From Phoronis australis (lineage: Eukaryota > Animalia > Phoronida), in NCBI GenBank assembly GCA_002633005.1, contig NMRA01000180.1:557955-621954 (forward strand): a stretch of 64,000 nucleotides of DNA. The letters run 5' to 3'. The translations under genes and the position numbers were made by a program. Positions 54,801-64,000 of the stretch are shown in pieces; positions within the stretch are counted from its first letter, which is position 1, and each line of letters begins with the position of its first letter. A model generated the notes under the pieces. That model did not search any database and had not been told where the DNA came from. It was given only the letters and a program-made list of their open reading frames with translations.

Positions 54801-55595
54801 CAATCAAGTAATTTTTTTGTTCAGTGTAAAGAGTTTCTGTTATTATTATTGCCTAAATTGGCCATTTTTTCCTTTACCGCAACCTGTGTCACAGAATATG
54901 CGGATTATAAAACTGACAAATCACGAAGACACTACAGAAACATCAAGGATGAATGATGTTGATGATTACAACATGAACACGTAATTTGCTTTTAAATAGT
55001 GCAAGGAAAATTTTTAGTAGACGTGAACTAACTATTTGAGAGAATGGTTAATCCAATCAGTTGATGCATACACGATCTTGAAATCCAGCAGAATTCCAAG
55101 TTCAAGCACAACTTGAACACTGGCTCCCTTCAGGTATCAGTAAGTATTTTGGCTCAGTGCTTAATAACATTTGTATACAATTTCATTGTGAGAAGCAAGT
55201 ACTTTTGCTAATTTTAAACTGTTTACTATATATATATGGGGAATGCAAAATAGCAACAAAAACAGTGAAATGTCAGGTAAGCTACAATATTGAACATCCC
55301 AAGAACATTGATTCATTGTTGATGACTTTCTTGTTTCAAGAGAAACGAGCAGAAAACTAAACCTAAACAAACGAAAGGGATATCCCAGGATCAGATCAGC
55401 TGACCAGGTCAATCTCGGTGACCTTAAGCCTGCCCAACGGAAATTTCCATTGGCTTTGTTAAAGGCATTTTTGTCGTCTCGAGTCTCCCTTGAAAAGTGA
55501 TGACAGCAACAACCTGAATATTTACCAGTCATACCAATGTATTTCCCCTCTCACCTTGGGCGTATAGCAGTTAAATATCCATCTTCATGAGACAT
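36890..55595 (-). CDS. Amino-acid transporter, Aa_trans family (SLC36/PAT, AVT3-like)
   Basis: Exons 55555-55595 (MSHEDGYLTAIRPR), 47089-47194 (FANTFKAFIGSGYLAIPFAFTKAG), 44380-44989, 44013-44113 (AYEGIGT), 43100-43382 (IVAIESSM..GYLRYG..TYPLQNFP), 40894-41000, 39680-39785, 36890-37083 (GAVGSSPLAYILPCVFHL..TGA). All introns are GT-AG with consistent phases, and the product has many hydrophobic TM segments. Confidence 0.92.
37243..37462. mobile_element. MITE, same family as 20764-20980
   Basis: TIRs GGCCTGTTCCAAGAAAATT / AATTTCTTGGAACGGGCCC. Interior is reverse-complement similar to 20764-20980 (GACAAATCTTAAATTTC, CCGTTTCAAGAAA, TTTTGTCTTAATTTTGACTA). Confidence 0.7.
37597..37984. mobile_element. 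~390-bp MITE, Kolobok-like (AG..CT ends, TTAA-like target)
   Basis: CTAA|AGCCTATCTTCAACGG ... CCGTTGAAGTTAGGCT|TTAA. Confidence 0.6.
38524..38662. repeat. ~66-bp tandem duplication
   Basis: GATTGACTTAGTCTGCTTTTTCTGCCTTC..CATTAATGTCAATATG.CCA occurs twice. Confidence 0.85.
40007..40177. repeat. 33-bp minisatellite, ~5 copies
   Basis: Unit AAAATGACACACCGTGACAAGCCACGATGGTCC; it explains the overlapping repetitive ORFs. Confidence 0.95.
47447..49443 (-). mobile_element. Helentron-associated non-autonomous element (HINE/DINE-1/pearl-like) with an internal tandem array
   Basis: On the minus strand: TTTT-ATGCGCCCAC (subTIR), adjacent inverted copy GTGGACGCAT, (GTCC)n microsatellite, tandem repeats, 3' subTIR GTGGGCGCAT, hairpin CAACGC-TCC-GCGTTG, then a CTTG-TTTT end. 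Confidence 0.85.
47815..49245. repeat. Higher-order tandem repeat: ~451-bp unit (3+ copies) built from three ~150-bp subunits
   Basis: AAATTGCCACTAG(G/A)GG recurs at ~47851, 48301, 48752 and 49204. Subunit anchors GCCACTAGG at 48000, 48161, 48306, 48450, 48611, 48757, 48903, 49064, 49209. Confidence 0.93.
50219..50401. repeat. ~46-bp minisatellite, 4 copies
   Basis: Unit AGGGCTAATCCATCCTTTACAGGACACAGTTTTGTCCTCACATCCC. Confidence 0.95.
54398..55457. repeat. Two diverged ~80-bp direct copies (54398-54478 and 55376-55457)
   Basis: GGGATATCCCA..ATCAGCTGACCAGGTCAA.CTCGGTGACCT..CCAACGGAAATTTCCAT is present in both. Confidence 0.75.
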
Positions 55596-55599
55596 TTTA

Positions 55600-55890
55600 A
55601 TTCTTTGTGGGGAGCTTGAACGGGACTTAAAACGCTGCTCAAACCTAACATGAGACCGCTTAGTCACTAACTGGGGGCTGCGGTCACGGGATCTGTCACT
55701 TTTATATAAATACGGAAGTGGGGGCGAATTTATAACGATGGCCTTGATTGGCTGTTTATGTGAAGACCAATCAAAAATGCTTGTAGAAAGCGGAAAGCGG
55801 CAAATTTCAACCAGAACATCAACAAGAATTTCAAGAAAGAACAAGCGGAGGTGATTTTTAAGTATTTGCTTCAAATTTTGATGAGTATGT
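55600..55890. promoter_or_regulatory. Promoter of the SLC36-like gene, probably bidirectional with SPC24
   Basis: Palindromic TATA TTTATATAAA at 55701-55710, GC box GGGGGCG at ~55720, opposed CCAAT boxes (ATTGG ~55747, CCAAT ~55767), CHR-like TTCAAA at ~55870, and plus-strand donor candidates at ~55851 and ~55885. Confidence 0.55.
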
Positions 55891-56003
55891 TAATCAAGCT
55901 GTGACATTTATGGAAGTCAACACCTATACAAAGAAAACGCCGTTGTTTTTATGATCTTATTCATGGCCTAATTTAATAGACTTCGACGAACCGCTAGACA
56001 GTC

Positions 56004-58725
56004 TTGACAGTAACCACCGTCCTACTTGGCTACTGCCTTGCACCGACAGTAGGACGGTGGAGCTCTTATAGGCGCTTCATACGGCGGAAGCTTTTGGTAA
56101 TTGTTTACAATATGACGACATTGACTTACACAAATGATTTTGGTATTGCTCGATTCCTTGCAAAGTTATCTTTCTAAAAATACAACGAATTTGTTTCTAC
56201 CCTGCTCCCTTACTATTTTATCGTGAAATTTCTGCTCGGACTATTTCCCGGTACTCGGTAGTAACACTGCAATGTTGAATGGAAGGAGTCACCTGGTGGT
56301 CAAAAACTGAACTAATCTACCGACTTCTGCAGATTGTCGTTTTTCATAAGTTCAAATTGACCGAAACCCGTCTATCTCCTGCTTGAGTTACGGTCCCAAG
56401 GGTTTGAATTCGATCCTATGGTGACCCTGGTACGCATCTGCTAGCAAGAATCCGCGAAAAAGCGGAGGTTGTTTTTGAGGTCCCAATTGGTGAACAGGGT
56501 TTCACTTCAAACAATTTTCGTGGAAAAATGGTCAAATGGTCACAATTATAAAAAACTGGAAAAGGTGAAATGCTGCTACTTGTTCGTCCATATTATGTCG
56601 GGAAAACTAGCAGGAATCTCGCGCGGGCAAACACCATTCAGAATCAATGATGCTGTTTTATTCATTAACAACAGGTGTCGCTGTAATCTTGAGTTGAGCT
56701 AACATGGCGGTGTCAATCGGGAAATAGTGCGACCCGAAATTCGACAATAAAATACGGAAGAATCGCGGTAGGGGAAACATTCATATATTTTTGGAAAGAT
56801 AACGTTGAGAGGAATCGAACGATACCAAAATCATTTGTGTAAGTCAATGTCATCATATTGTAAACAATTACCAAGCTTTTTGACGAATTATGCCTGGCAA
56901 TGACTAAAACATGAAAGTCACATTTTTATAAATACCTTTTGCTCACAAAGGAACACCTTAGGAGGCCGTCGATATATGTATACTTGGGAACCCAATGGTT
57001 GTCCGCCTAAGCATAAAACCGGCTTGTTATCGTACTCACCTAATTATTCCACTTCAAAGTTATGCTCTGAATAGGATTTGCTTTAACTCTCACAAATATA
57101 TAGTATTCATTGATTCAAACGTTTTCTTTTACTTATGCCGAGTTGTTTCAACTGTGGACTGCTTTTCGGCAGCCTTTTTATAATGACCCCTATGGTCGTC
57201 ATATGCTGCCGCCTTTTGAAAGAACAGAAAACCACACAGAAAAAGACAAAGAAAATAGTGGAAAGTGGTTTACAGCAATTCTACTTCAACCACAAACTGT
57301 TTTACTAGTATGATATCGATTTTTAAATCGATTAAAATTGATTTAGAATTTCAGTTCTGGAAAATAAACCGCAATTGTTTTATTCCAGATAGACCTTACT
57401 TATTTTGTATTTGTGACCTTTTTATTTGACTTTTTGCTCTTATTCTTAACACCACTTATCTCTGCTGTCCTTCTTTTTCTTTTCAGTTTCTCTTCATTCT
57501 CTGTTAACACCTTGTCAGCCAAAACAGAACTGTAACCCTTTGAGACTTTGTCGGTGTAAGTTGATCATTGAACCTCGATACTATTGTTCTAATAAATTAC
57601 CCAATATCGTATTGTTTGATTTTTTCTCGCCTTTAACAGGCTTCTGCAATCATAAATAAATAAATACCCAAGTTGCATTTGCATTTTATTGCTCAATCTC
57701 TTCTTTATTTTTGATTGTGTCATGCTGTGTTGTTTGTAACAATGCAATATAGTCAAATAAAGTCAATGTTTTACTTTATTGATGGCCATTCTCTATCAAT
57801 TCAAGTTTTTTAATTTTCTTCAAATAAATCCAAAATGCCTGAACCAAAAATTTCAACATAAATGTTGAGCTCAGTACTGTGTTTTGCAATAAAAAACTAG
57901 TGGACAATATTTTGATGACCAATGGGTGAGCCGAAACTGTTAAGCACCCAGCGTGTTGCATTTGTCTGCTGCGTTTTTCCTTTGGCCTAACAGGTGTCGA
58001 TTAGTGCCTGGGACAAATAGATATATTGCATAAACAATCCCTGAGTTGTTTTTGTTCCATCTGAAGAAAATTTAATTTCGAAAATATCATCTGAAAATGA
58101 ACAAAAAAAGTGCATTAGTAAAATCTACAAGTTATTAAGTGGTCTCAAAAAACAGTCGTTAAATGCACCGATTTTCGTCTCAGTTCTTCCATGCGTGTTT
58201 CTCCCGAGAGGTTAGTATCTAACGTGCAGAGGAACACTCTAGGTTGGAACGCTAAGTCCCGCGTGGCTGCACTGCACGCTAAAGAAGATGGCGGACGACC
58301 TTTGGAGCCTGACGACGATAGGTATCTGAACTATAATTCCTTCTAACTCGAACAAATACTCCCGCTATCAAACTTTTTCTTCGAGTAGTCCCTCATTCAG
58401 TTCCCAAAATTGATAACTCGCCATTTTCGCGCTGCGCACTCTAGGGGATACATACGTCATACCACCTGCCAGGTGCAGTGTTAAAAATGGCGAGTTACCG
58501 ATTTTAGGAACTGAATGAGGGACTACTCGGCAGTATTTGTTTGAGCTGGAAGGAGTCAATGATCTCCTAAGGTGTCCCTCTATGCCCAAAATGTATTTAT
58601 AACAACGTGACTTTGAGATGTTTTAGTCAGTGCCAGGGAAAATTTGCCAAAAAGCTTCCGGCGTATGAAGTTCCTATAGGAGCTCCATCGTCTCTGCTTG
58701 CGCTTCTACAGCATTTGTCATTGTA
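56004..58725. mobile_element. Older copy of the 8000-8944 long-TIR family, interrupted by nested insertions
   Basis: Left TIR pieces at 56004-56095, 56881-56975 and 58335-58430 (TATAGGCGC..GGAAGCTTTT, GAATTATGCCT, TATAAATACCTTTTGC, AACTCGAACAAATACTCCCG). Right TIR at ~58484-58725. All align by eye with the 8000 element; the ends are approximate. Confidence 0.75.
56096..56872. mobile_element. Merlin-like MITE (777 bp) with an 8-bp TSD, nested in the long-TIR element
   Basis: TIRs of ~50-60 bp, GGTAATTGTTTACAATATGA.. / ..TCATATTGTAAACAATTACC. TSD AAGCTTTT at 56088-56095 and 56873-56880. GG termini with an 8-bp TSD fit Merlin/IS1016. Confidence 0.85.
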
Positions 58726-58768
58726 CTGTGTGATTAGATTTTCTCTAATAATGGTTTGTTTAGGCACA

Positions 58769-61700
58769 ATGACAACTGCAGCGGATCTTCACGAAATGAC
58801 CCAAGAGCTTATGGGGGCGCTGCAGTCTGAAACGAAAGAGCTTGAAGCCATGATGGAGATCGGTGCCGGGCTGGAGAAGCAACGAGAGATTCGAGAAGAA
58901 CAGGAAAGACAGATAAAGAAAGATATTCAAGGTAAAAAATCCCATAAGGTTCTCAAACACTAGTCACAACATAAAATTTTCAGTGCTAGGTATTCCATTT
59001 CCAAACCTTTCATGGTTCTTATAAACATCTCTTTGAATATGACTAAATACAATTGGATGATCACAGATAGAAATCTCATTTGTCCTGGAGGTAGGAAAGT
59101 GCATTGTTACATTGACTGTGTGTTGGAAATGCCCTGTTATTCTAGAAATCGTGTCAGAGAATATTGCATTCGTGGATAGTTCTCAAGTTTTTCCAACTTT
59201 CTTCTGTTGGATTCGCAGTCTACAGTATAGCTGGGATTAGAAAATCAAATAAAATCAATGCAGAAAAAAATTTAAAAAGCAAGGCACCAGCAGATAACAT
59301 GAGGAATTCTACTGGCGTGAAAACGAGGCTAGAGAACTGCTTGACATATGTTGCAGTTTTCAGGTGTCCCTTTTTAATACAGGACCGTCTTATTCCTGTG
59401 GACCTTAAAGCCATCCTTGAAATAATTGTTGTTTCCCCTCACCCTGCTTTTGCTCGTTTGGATGGTTTAGTAGGATAGACACTTCCTCAAGTTGTATGAG
59501 TTACATTGACAAAGTTGCTCATGTCAGGAGTATTGATCAGAAATCAAATCACTCCTTGTTTCCACTTTTTATCATGGAGTGCATCCATTTTTGTAGCAAA
59601 ATGTTTTGTTAAATATTTATTTATTAAAAATTAATACCATCAGTCATCGAAGGCGGGAGGGGAAACAACCTTAATTTTAATTTATGGCGAATGTAACGCC
59701 CATTTCCAAGAGACAGGTCTGAAGTTTGATGGTTTCTTTTGCAACATGTAGGTAACTATAAGGGTTCATTACTGACTCATTAACAGTGGTTAATGTCAAG
59801 GCAATTGTGAGGAAACTAACTAAGTATCCTTTTAAAAATGCTTGCAATGCAGTTACAAGAAAAATGAACACACTATTGTACATTTGGTGTGTATTTCGGC
59901 ATGTTGAGGCATTATCAACTCAAAGACAGGTGAGTACTTCAATGTACTCCACTAGTGCTGTTTAACCTGCTTTTAAACATTTACTATCTGTACTTTAACT
60001 GTTTTCTAATTACATTTCAGCCCTTATTGCATCAAAAACAGAGGCCGAAGAGAATGCATTGATTGGCCAATCAGAGGTCACCTATCATAATGAACTTCAG
60101 CAGGTGACTAATCAACTTGAAAGCGCCAAAGCACACAAAGAGAATGTTGCTAAAGAATGCGCGGAAGTCAAGGGACAGTTAGACACTGCCAAGGCTGAAC
60201 AAGAACGACTACAGGAACACAGGGAGAAGGTGAAACAAGACACTACACAGAAGTTGCCAAATCTCAGGTTTGTTTATTTCCCCTGTATCAGAACATGCCC
60301 TGATAAGCAGACGCTGTATTTTTAACTTACCTCTTCCAGCCCTAAAAACTGTCCTGGTGTGCATTCGGTAAAACATTCGGTCATACAATCTCCTTGTCTA
60401 TTGTATAGTACTTACGAGTTTCATTTGTTCCAGGATGAATTAATTCCATTACCCACATTACAAATTGTTTAAATGTGATATGACAGCTGTTTTGATTGTT
60501 CCCATGTCGTACTTTTATTTTTTACTTCTGTGAAGCCTTGACAACTCCAGTTGCTCTTAAAATGTAAGGCTAGATGGAATGTCGGAATTGCACATAGAAA
60601 GAAGTGATTATAATCTCCTTAATTTGTGGAATGTGCTGTTAGGTGGATTAATAATTTGAAAACTATTAACTACTCTGACTGAATCCATTGCCTAGACAAG
60701 CGCCATCTTTTGGTCGTCAATGAACGCATTACAACAACTTCCTGAAGAAACAATTTTTAGCGTGAGGGGCTTTCACCCTCTGTTGGTCATAAATAAAAGC
60801 CTTTTTGCTTCTTCATTCCTCTTCAGGTACGACGTCAGTCTATACAGTAACATATCCAACATTCGGTGGCAGTACGACTGTGAACCATCTGTTGTTAAAG
60901 GATGTATCCTTTCTGAGCTAATCCATCTCTCTCTGCTGATATACTGCTGTATTGGTTGTATTGTTCTGTTCAACTCTTACCTTGCACCAAGGGCTCAAAG
61001 GTTTGTGCACATAGTAAATCAGTCAATGGTGGACTGAATTTTCTAATGCAATTACTATTATTCCAATGTTTCAGTGGTGTCCTCTCCCATCATCAGGCAG
61101 TATTACAATATATTCAGTATATCTCATCACATGAACTTGTGGAGAACTGTGAGTTGTAATTATTACATCAGTCCTCTTGTACAATAGTTATTTATTGAGT
61201 GTTTAAGTATACACGTATGTTTCAGTTGACTTGTGGTGTGTGTGCATGTGGCTTGAAAAACCTGAAAACACGATACAGTTATTTTTTTTTAATGTTCGGA
61301 GTGGCACAGCTGCAAGGTACGGGGCACAAATGAGTGTAAGTGCATTGGAAAACATATCTATGGACTCAGTAAGGAGAAATTTGTTGGATTGTCTGTGTGT
61401 ATGCTTTTTAGGCGCCCACATATTTATAGGTGGATACATATTTCATCTCTGTCTGGGCATCCATCGTCTGGCGTCCGCAGATGCATCTCCTAAGTCCTTC
61501 ACAGGATCTTGATGAGATTTGGCAGGTGTGTTCCTATGAAGCTGATGACGGATGACGATGAATTTCGGATGGATCCGAATACCGGTGTGTCCCCTGGTGG
61601 CAATTTTAGTTTTTATGTTTACCTCAACAAATTTTCATGAAATTTGGCACATGGGCATTTATTAGTGAGATGGTGTTATCCTCCTGTTTTCGGATGGATT

Positions 61701-62932
61701 CGAGGTATTTTGCGCCACCTAGTGATTATGAAAATTGACATATATGTGTTTCTACTGAGAAAAGGATGGCTTATGATGATCTTTAGACAGCTCCAACAAC
61801 AGTGACTCCCCCTAGTGGCAGTTTTTGTGTCCGTGGCTGTATCTCCTGAATCCTCTGCAGGATCTTTGTTAATTTTTTCTGTCTTCTTTGGTATCTTTGG
61901 AGTTGAGCGATGACATCTATCCGTTTTCAGAAGGCACACTGTTTGTGGTGCATTAGTAGGCGCATTTCAATGCTCTGCATTGCTCTTGTTTGTTACTTGT
62001 TTGATGTAGACGTTTTCATAACCTAAGGGACACATGTCCGAACTTTAAGTGAGGGCATATTTATGTGACTGTCTAAATGTCCTCGGGCAGACACTCGCAA
62101 TGTTTTGAACTCACTGGATAGATTCCTAAAGAAACCGGTTTCCACAACCTATTGATAGACTAATCAATTGTTCAAAACGATTCAGATACTGTGATTTAAA
62201 ACTGACCTGAGAGGGACGTTTCTTCAAACATTCGAGCAATGAATACTAGCACATTCAAACCTTTTGTTTAAGGAGATCAGATGTATTGACTCCCTACGTT
62301 TAAAGGTGATGGTGTGAGACAGCCTTCTGTCATAAAATTTAATGTCATTTAGGCTATTTGATAAAACTTGTTTCGACTTGTTCCTTACAGAGATCAGAAG
62401 TGAGTTCATGATTTGGGAAGAACTAACAGTTAAGAGAAGGCTCAAAAAATTTACTTGACACTGCGGGTGGTTTATGCCCTGAAGAAGTTCTGATCACTTC
62501 TAATCTGAGTAAGAGTGATAGTTGCAGCGGTTCCACATTTTGAGAACTAGTTTTTTCGTATGACTAACGAGCATCAAGCGGGTTCTCAAAATCTGTTACC
62601 CCTGTAAGTTACCATTGCACTGAGCAAGAAGAAAGATGAAAGCAGTTTTATGGTGTCCCTAATCAATCGTAATTTTTGACAGAAAATGAGTTTATAGCAA
62701 CTTGAACATACCATAGATACAGGTTTTGTTATTTTGAGCTGTTTCATTTTTGTTGACAGCTTATATGTAGCGCTGTGTTGCCGATCCTGGGAATGGCATA
62801 GTTCAATCCTTAACTTCATTATCAGATGTATGCAACAAGCACGATGTGAAACCGTTTTCCCTCGACAGCAAAGAACACTCGCAGTATTTCATCACGAACT
62901 ACCTCTGGGACTGTATGGAAGTGGACTGGTGA
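58769..62932 (+). CDS. SPC24: Kinetochore protein Spc24 (NDC80 complex)
   Basis: Exons 58769-58931, 60021-60267, 60827-60903, 62826-62932 (TGA). N-terminal coiled coil, then RWD-like domain YDVSLYSNISNIRWQYDCEPSVVKG|YVCNKHDVKPFSLDSKEHSQYFITNYLWDCMEVDW*, matching the SPC24 C-terminus. Confidence 0.93.
60904..62825 (+). other. U12-type (minor spliceosome) GT-AG intron of SPC24
   Basis: Donor GTATCCTTT at 60904; branch site TCCTTAAC at 62807-62814; acceptor CAG 11 nt downstream with no polypyrimidine tract; the reading frame joins correctly. Confidence 0.93.
61405..61991 (+). mobile_element. Short, diverged HINE copy (same family as 47447-49443) inside the U12 intron
   Basis: 5' TTTTTAGGCGCCCACATATTTATAGGTGGA; about one degenerate higher-order unit; 3' GTAGGCGCATTTCAATGC-TCT-GCATTG-CTCTTGTTT. 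Confidence 0.85.
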
Positions 62933-63435
62933 TATGTACTGACTTGGGGACTGGTCATCTGATCTGCGCAAATCATGCGCTGTGATGTTTTGTGAAGTGT
63001 TGACTCTTAGAGATTTTCACAAATGGTATGGTTTCTTCACTCTACATGTTATGGTCAGCTGACAAGAAGAAGATTTGTGATTGGCTTCATGAAGATGAAT
63101 CAACGTTGTAAATGTGACTGCCTAACCACAGATACTTTGTGTACACAGCGAAAAAAATCTGTGTCATTTTCACACTGTTCCAGGTAAATGCCGTGGTATT
63201 TGTTTAAAGTCAAGTTGTGTTGTGCTTCTGTCTGATTCTTTGGTTTTGAGCCTAGTATTGGCCCATTACCTTATGAGAAATTTATGAAAACCACACGAAA
63301 TTCTTTTCATCAAGCCCATGTCTATGGTTCATAGTACATGCTTAGTGCTGGTCTGACACTTTCAGACCAGTCGTGACTTTCCAAATGAGGAAGTCTATAG
63401 CCAGAAAATTTACAATATTTTCAGCTTACACAAAG

Positions 63436-63684
63436 CATACGCCCACCCTGGGGGGCTCAGGGCTCAAACGGGCCCCCCAATTTGGTGAAGTGGGCAAAAA
63501 GGTCCGCCTCTGAGAAACTCCAAAAAAGTAGCAAACGAGATAAAAGTCCACTAAAAAGGCAGGAAATACCAAAATTCCGCAAATGAACAATTCATAGCTC
63601 TGAAGGTACCATGTGAATCTTAGTAAAAGGTCCACATTCCCAAAAATTTGAGCCCCCCCATTGTTTAGGCTGGGTGCGCGCATG
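63436..63684. mobile_element. Small GC-ended MITE-like element
   Basis: Imperfect TIRs CATACGCCCACCC / GGGTGCGCGCATG and internal inverted GGGGGGCTCA / TGAGCCCCCC. Confidence 0.4.
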
Positions 63685-64000
63685 CAAAGCACACTGGAGA
63701 CTGGAACTCTCTGTAGCTGTGTTTATTAAAGTAAAACCACAATTTACATTACAATAAACACTTAAGAGTTAACAATATGCAGTTATGAATGTACAACAAC
63801 ACAGACTCGCTCTGGGATAAAAAATCTAGAGTTTTAGCTATAGAGTAAATCTACAAGGTGCCATCTTATTTTCAAATTCAATATATTTAAAGTTTTTATT
63901 AAAAAATAAATTTTTCAGCTTTGAGGTGATCTAGAATTAATATTTTTGTTGATCTAAACTGAGGGTTGGGGGGGGGAAGTTATATTATTAGTCTACTTTT

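Noticed and set aside
1-64000. Prokaryotic operon, defence system, rRNA or intact tRNA genes
   Set aside because: The window consists of spliced eukaryotic genes and repeats; none of these features was seen.

Overview
Eukaryotic, AT-rich, intron-rich animal DNA. It is probably a marine invertebrate such as a lophotrochozoan, but that is inferred from repeat style and not proven. Most ORFs in the supplied track are spurious; the real genes are spliced. Four genes form two head-to-head pairs. CCDC40 (minus strand, runs off the left edge) and TBC1D16 (plus) share a ~100-250 bp promoter at ~7.45-7.7 kb. An SLC36/AVT3-like amino-acid transporter (minus) and kinetochore SPC24 (plus) share a promoter at ~55.6-55.9 kb. 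Notable structure: (1) Helentron-type non-autonomous elements (HINE) whose internal ~150/451-bp higher-order repeat carries one CTCF-like motif per subunit; (2) a long-TIR element family with TAG..CTA ends and a 9-bp TSD (AcademH-like), with a copy just downstream of each bidirectional promoter, one hosting a nested Merlin-like MITE; (3) a Penelope-like inverted repeat with a minimal hammerhead ribozyme core in a TBC1D16 intron; (4) a U12 minor-spliceosome intron in SPC24; (5) a CCDC40 N-terminus with 16 R-P-x-S motifs, mostly on frame-symmetric exons; (6) a 1.8-kb duplication of two TBC1D16 exons across an N, most likely an uncollapsed haplotype.
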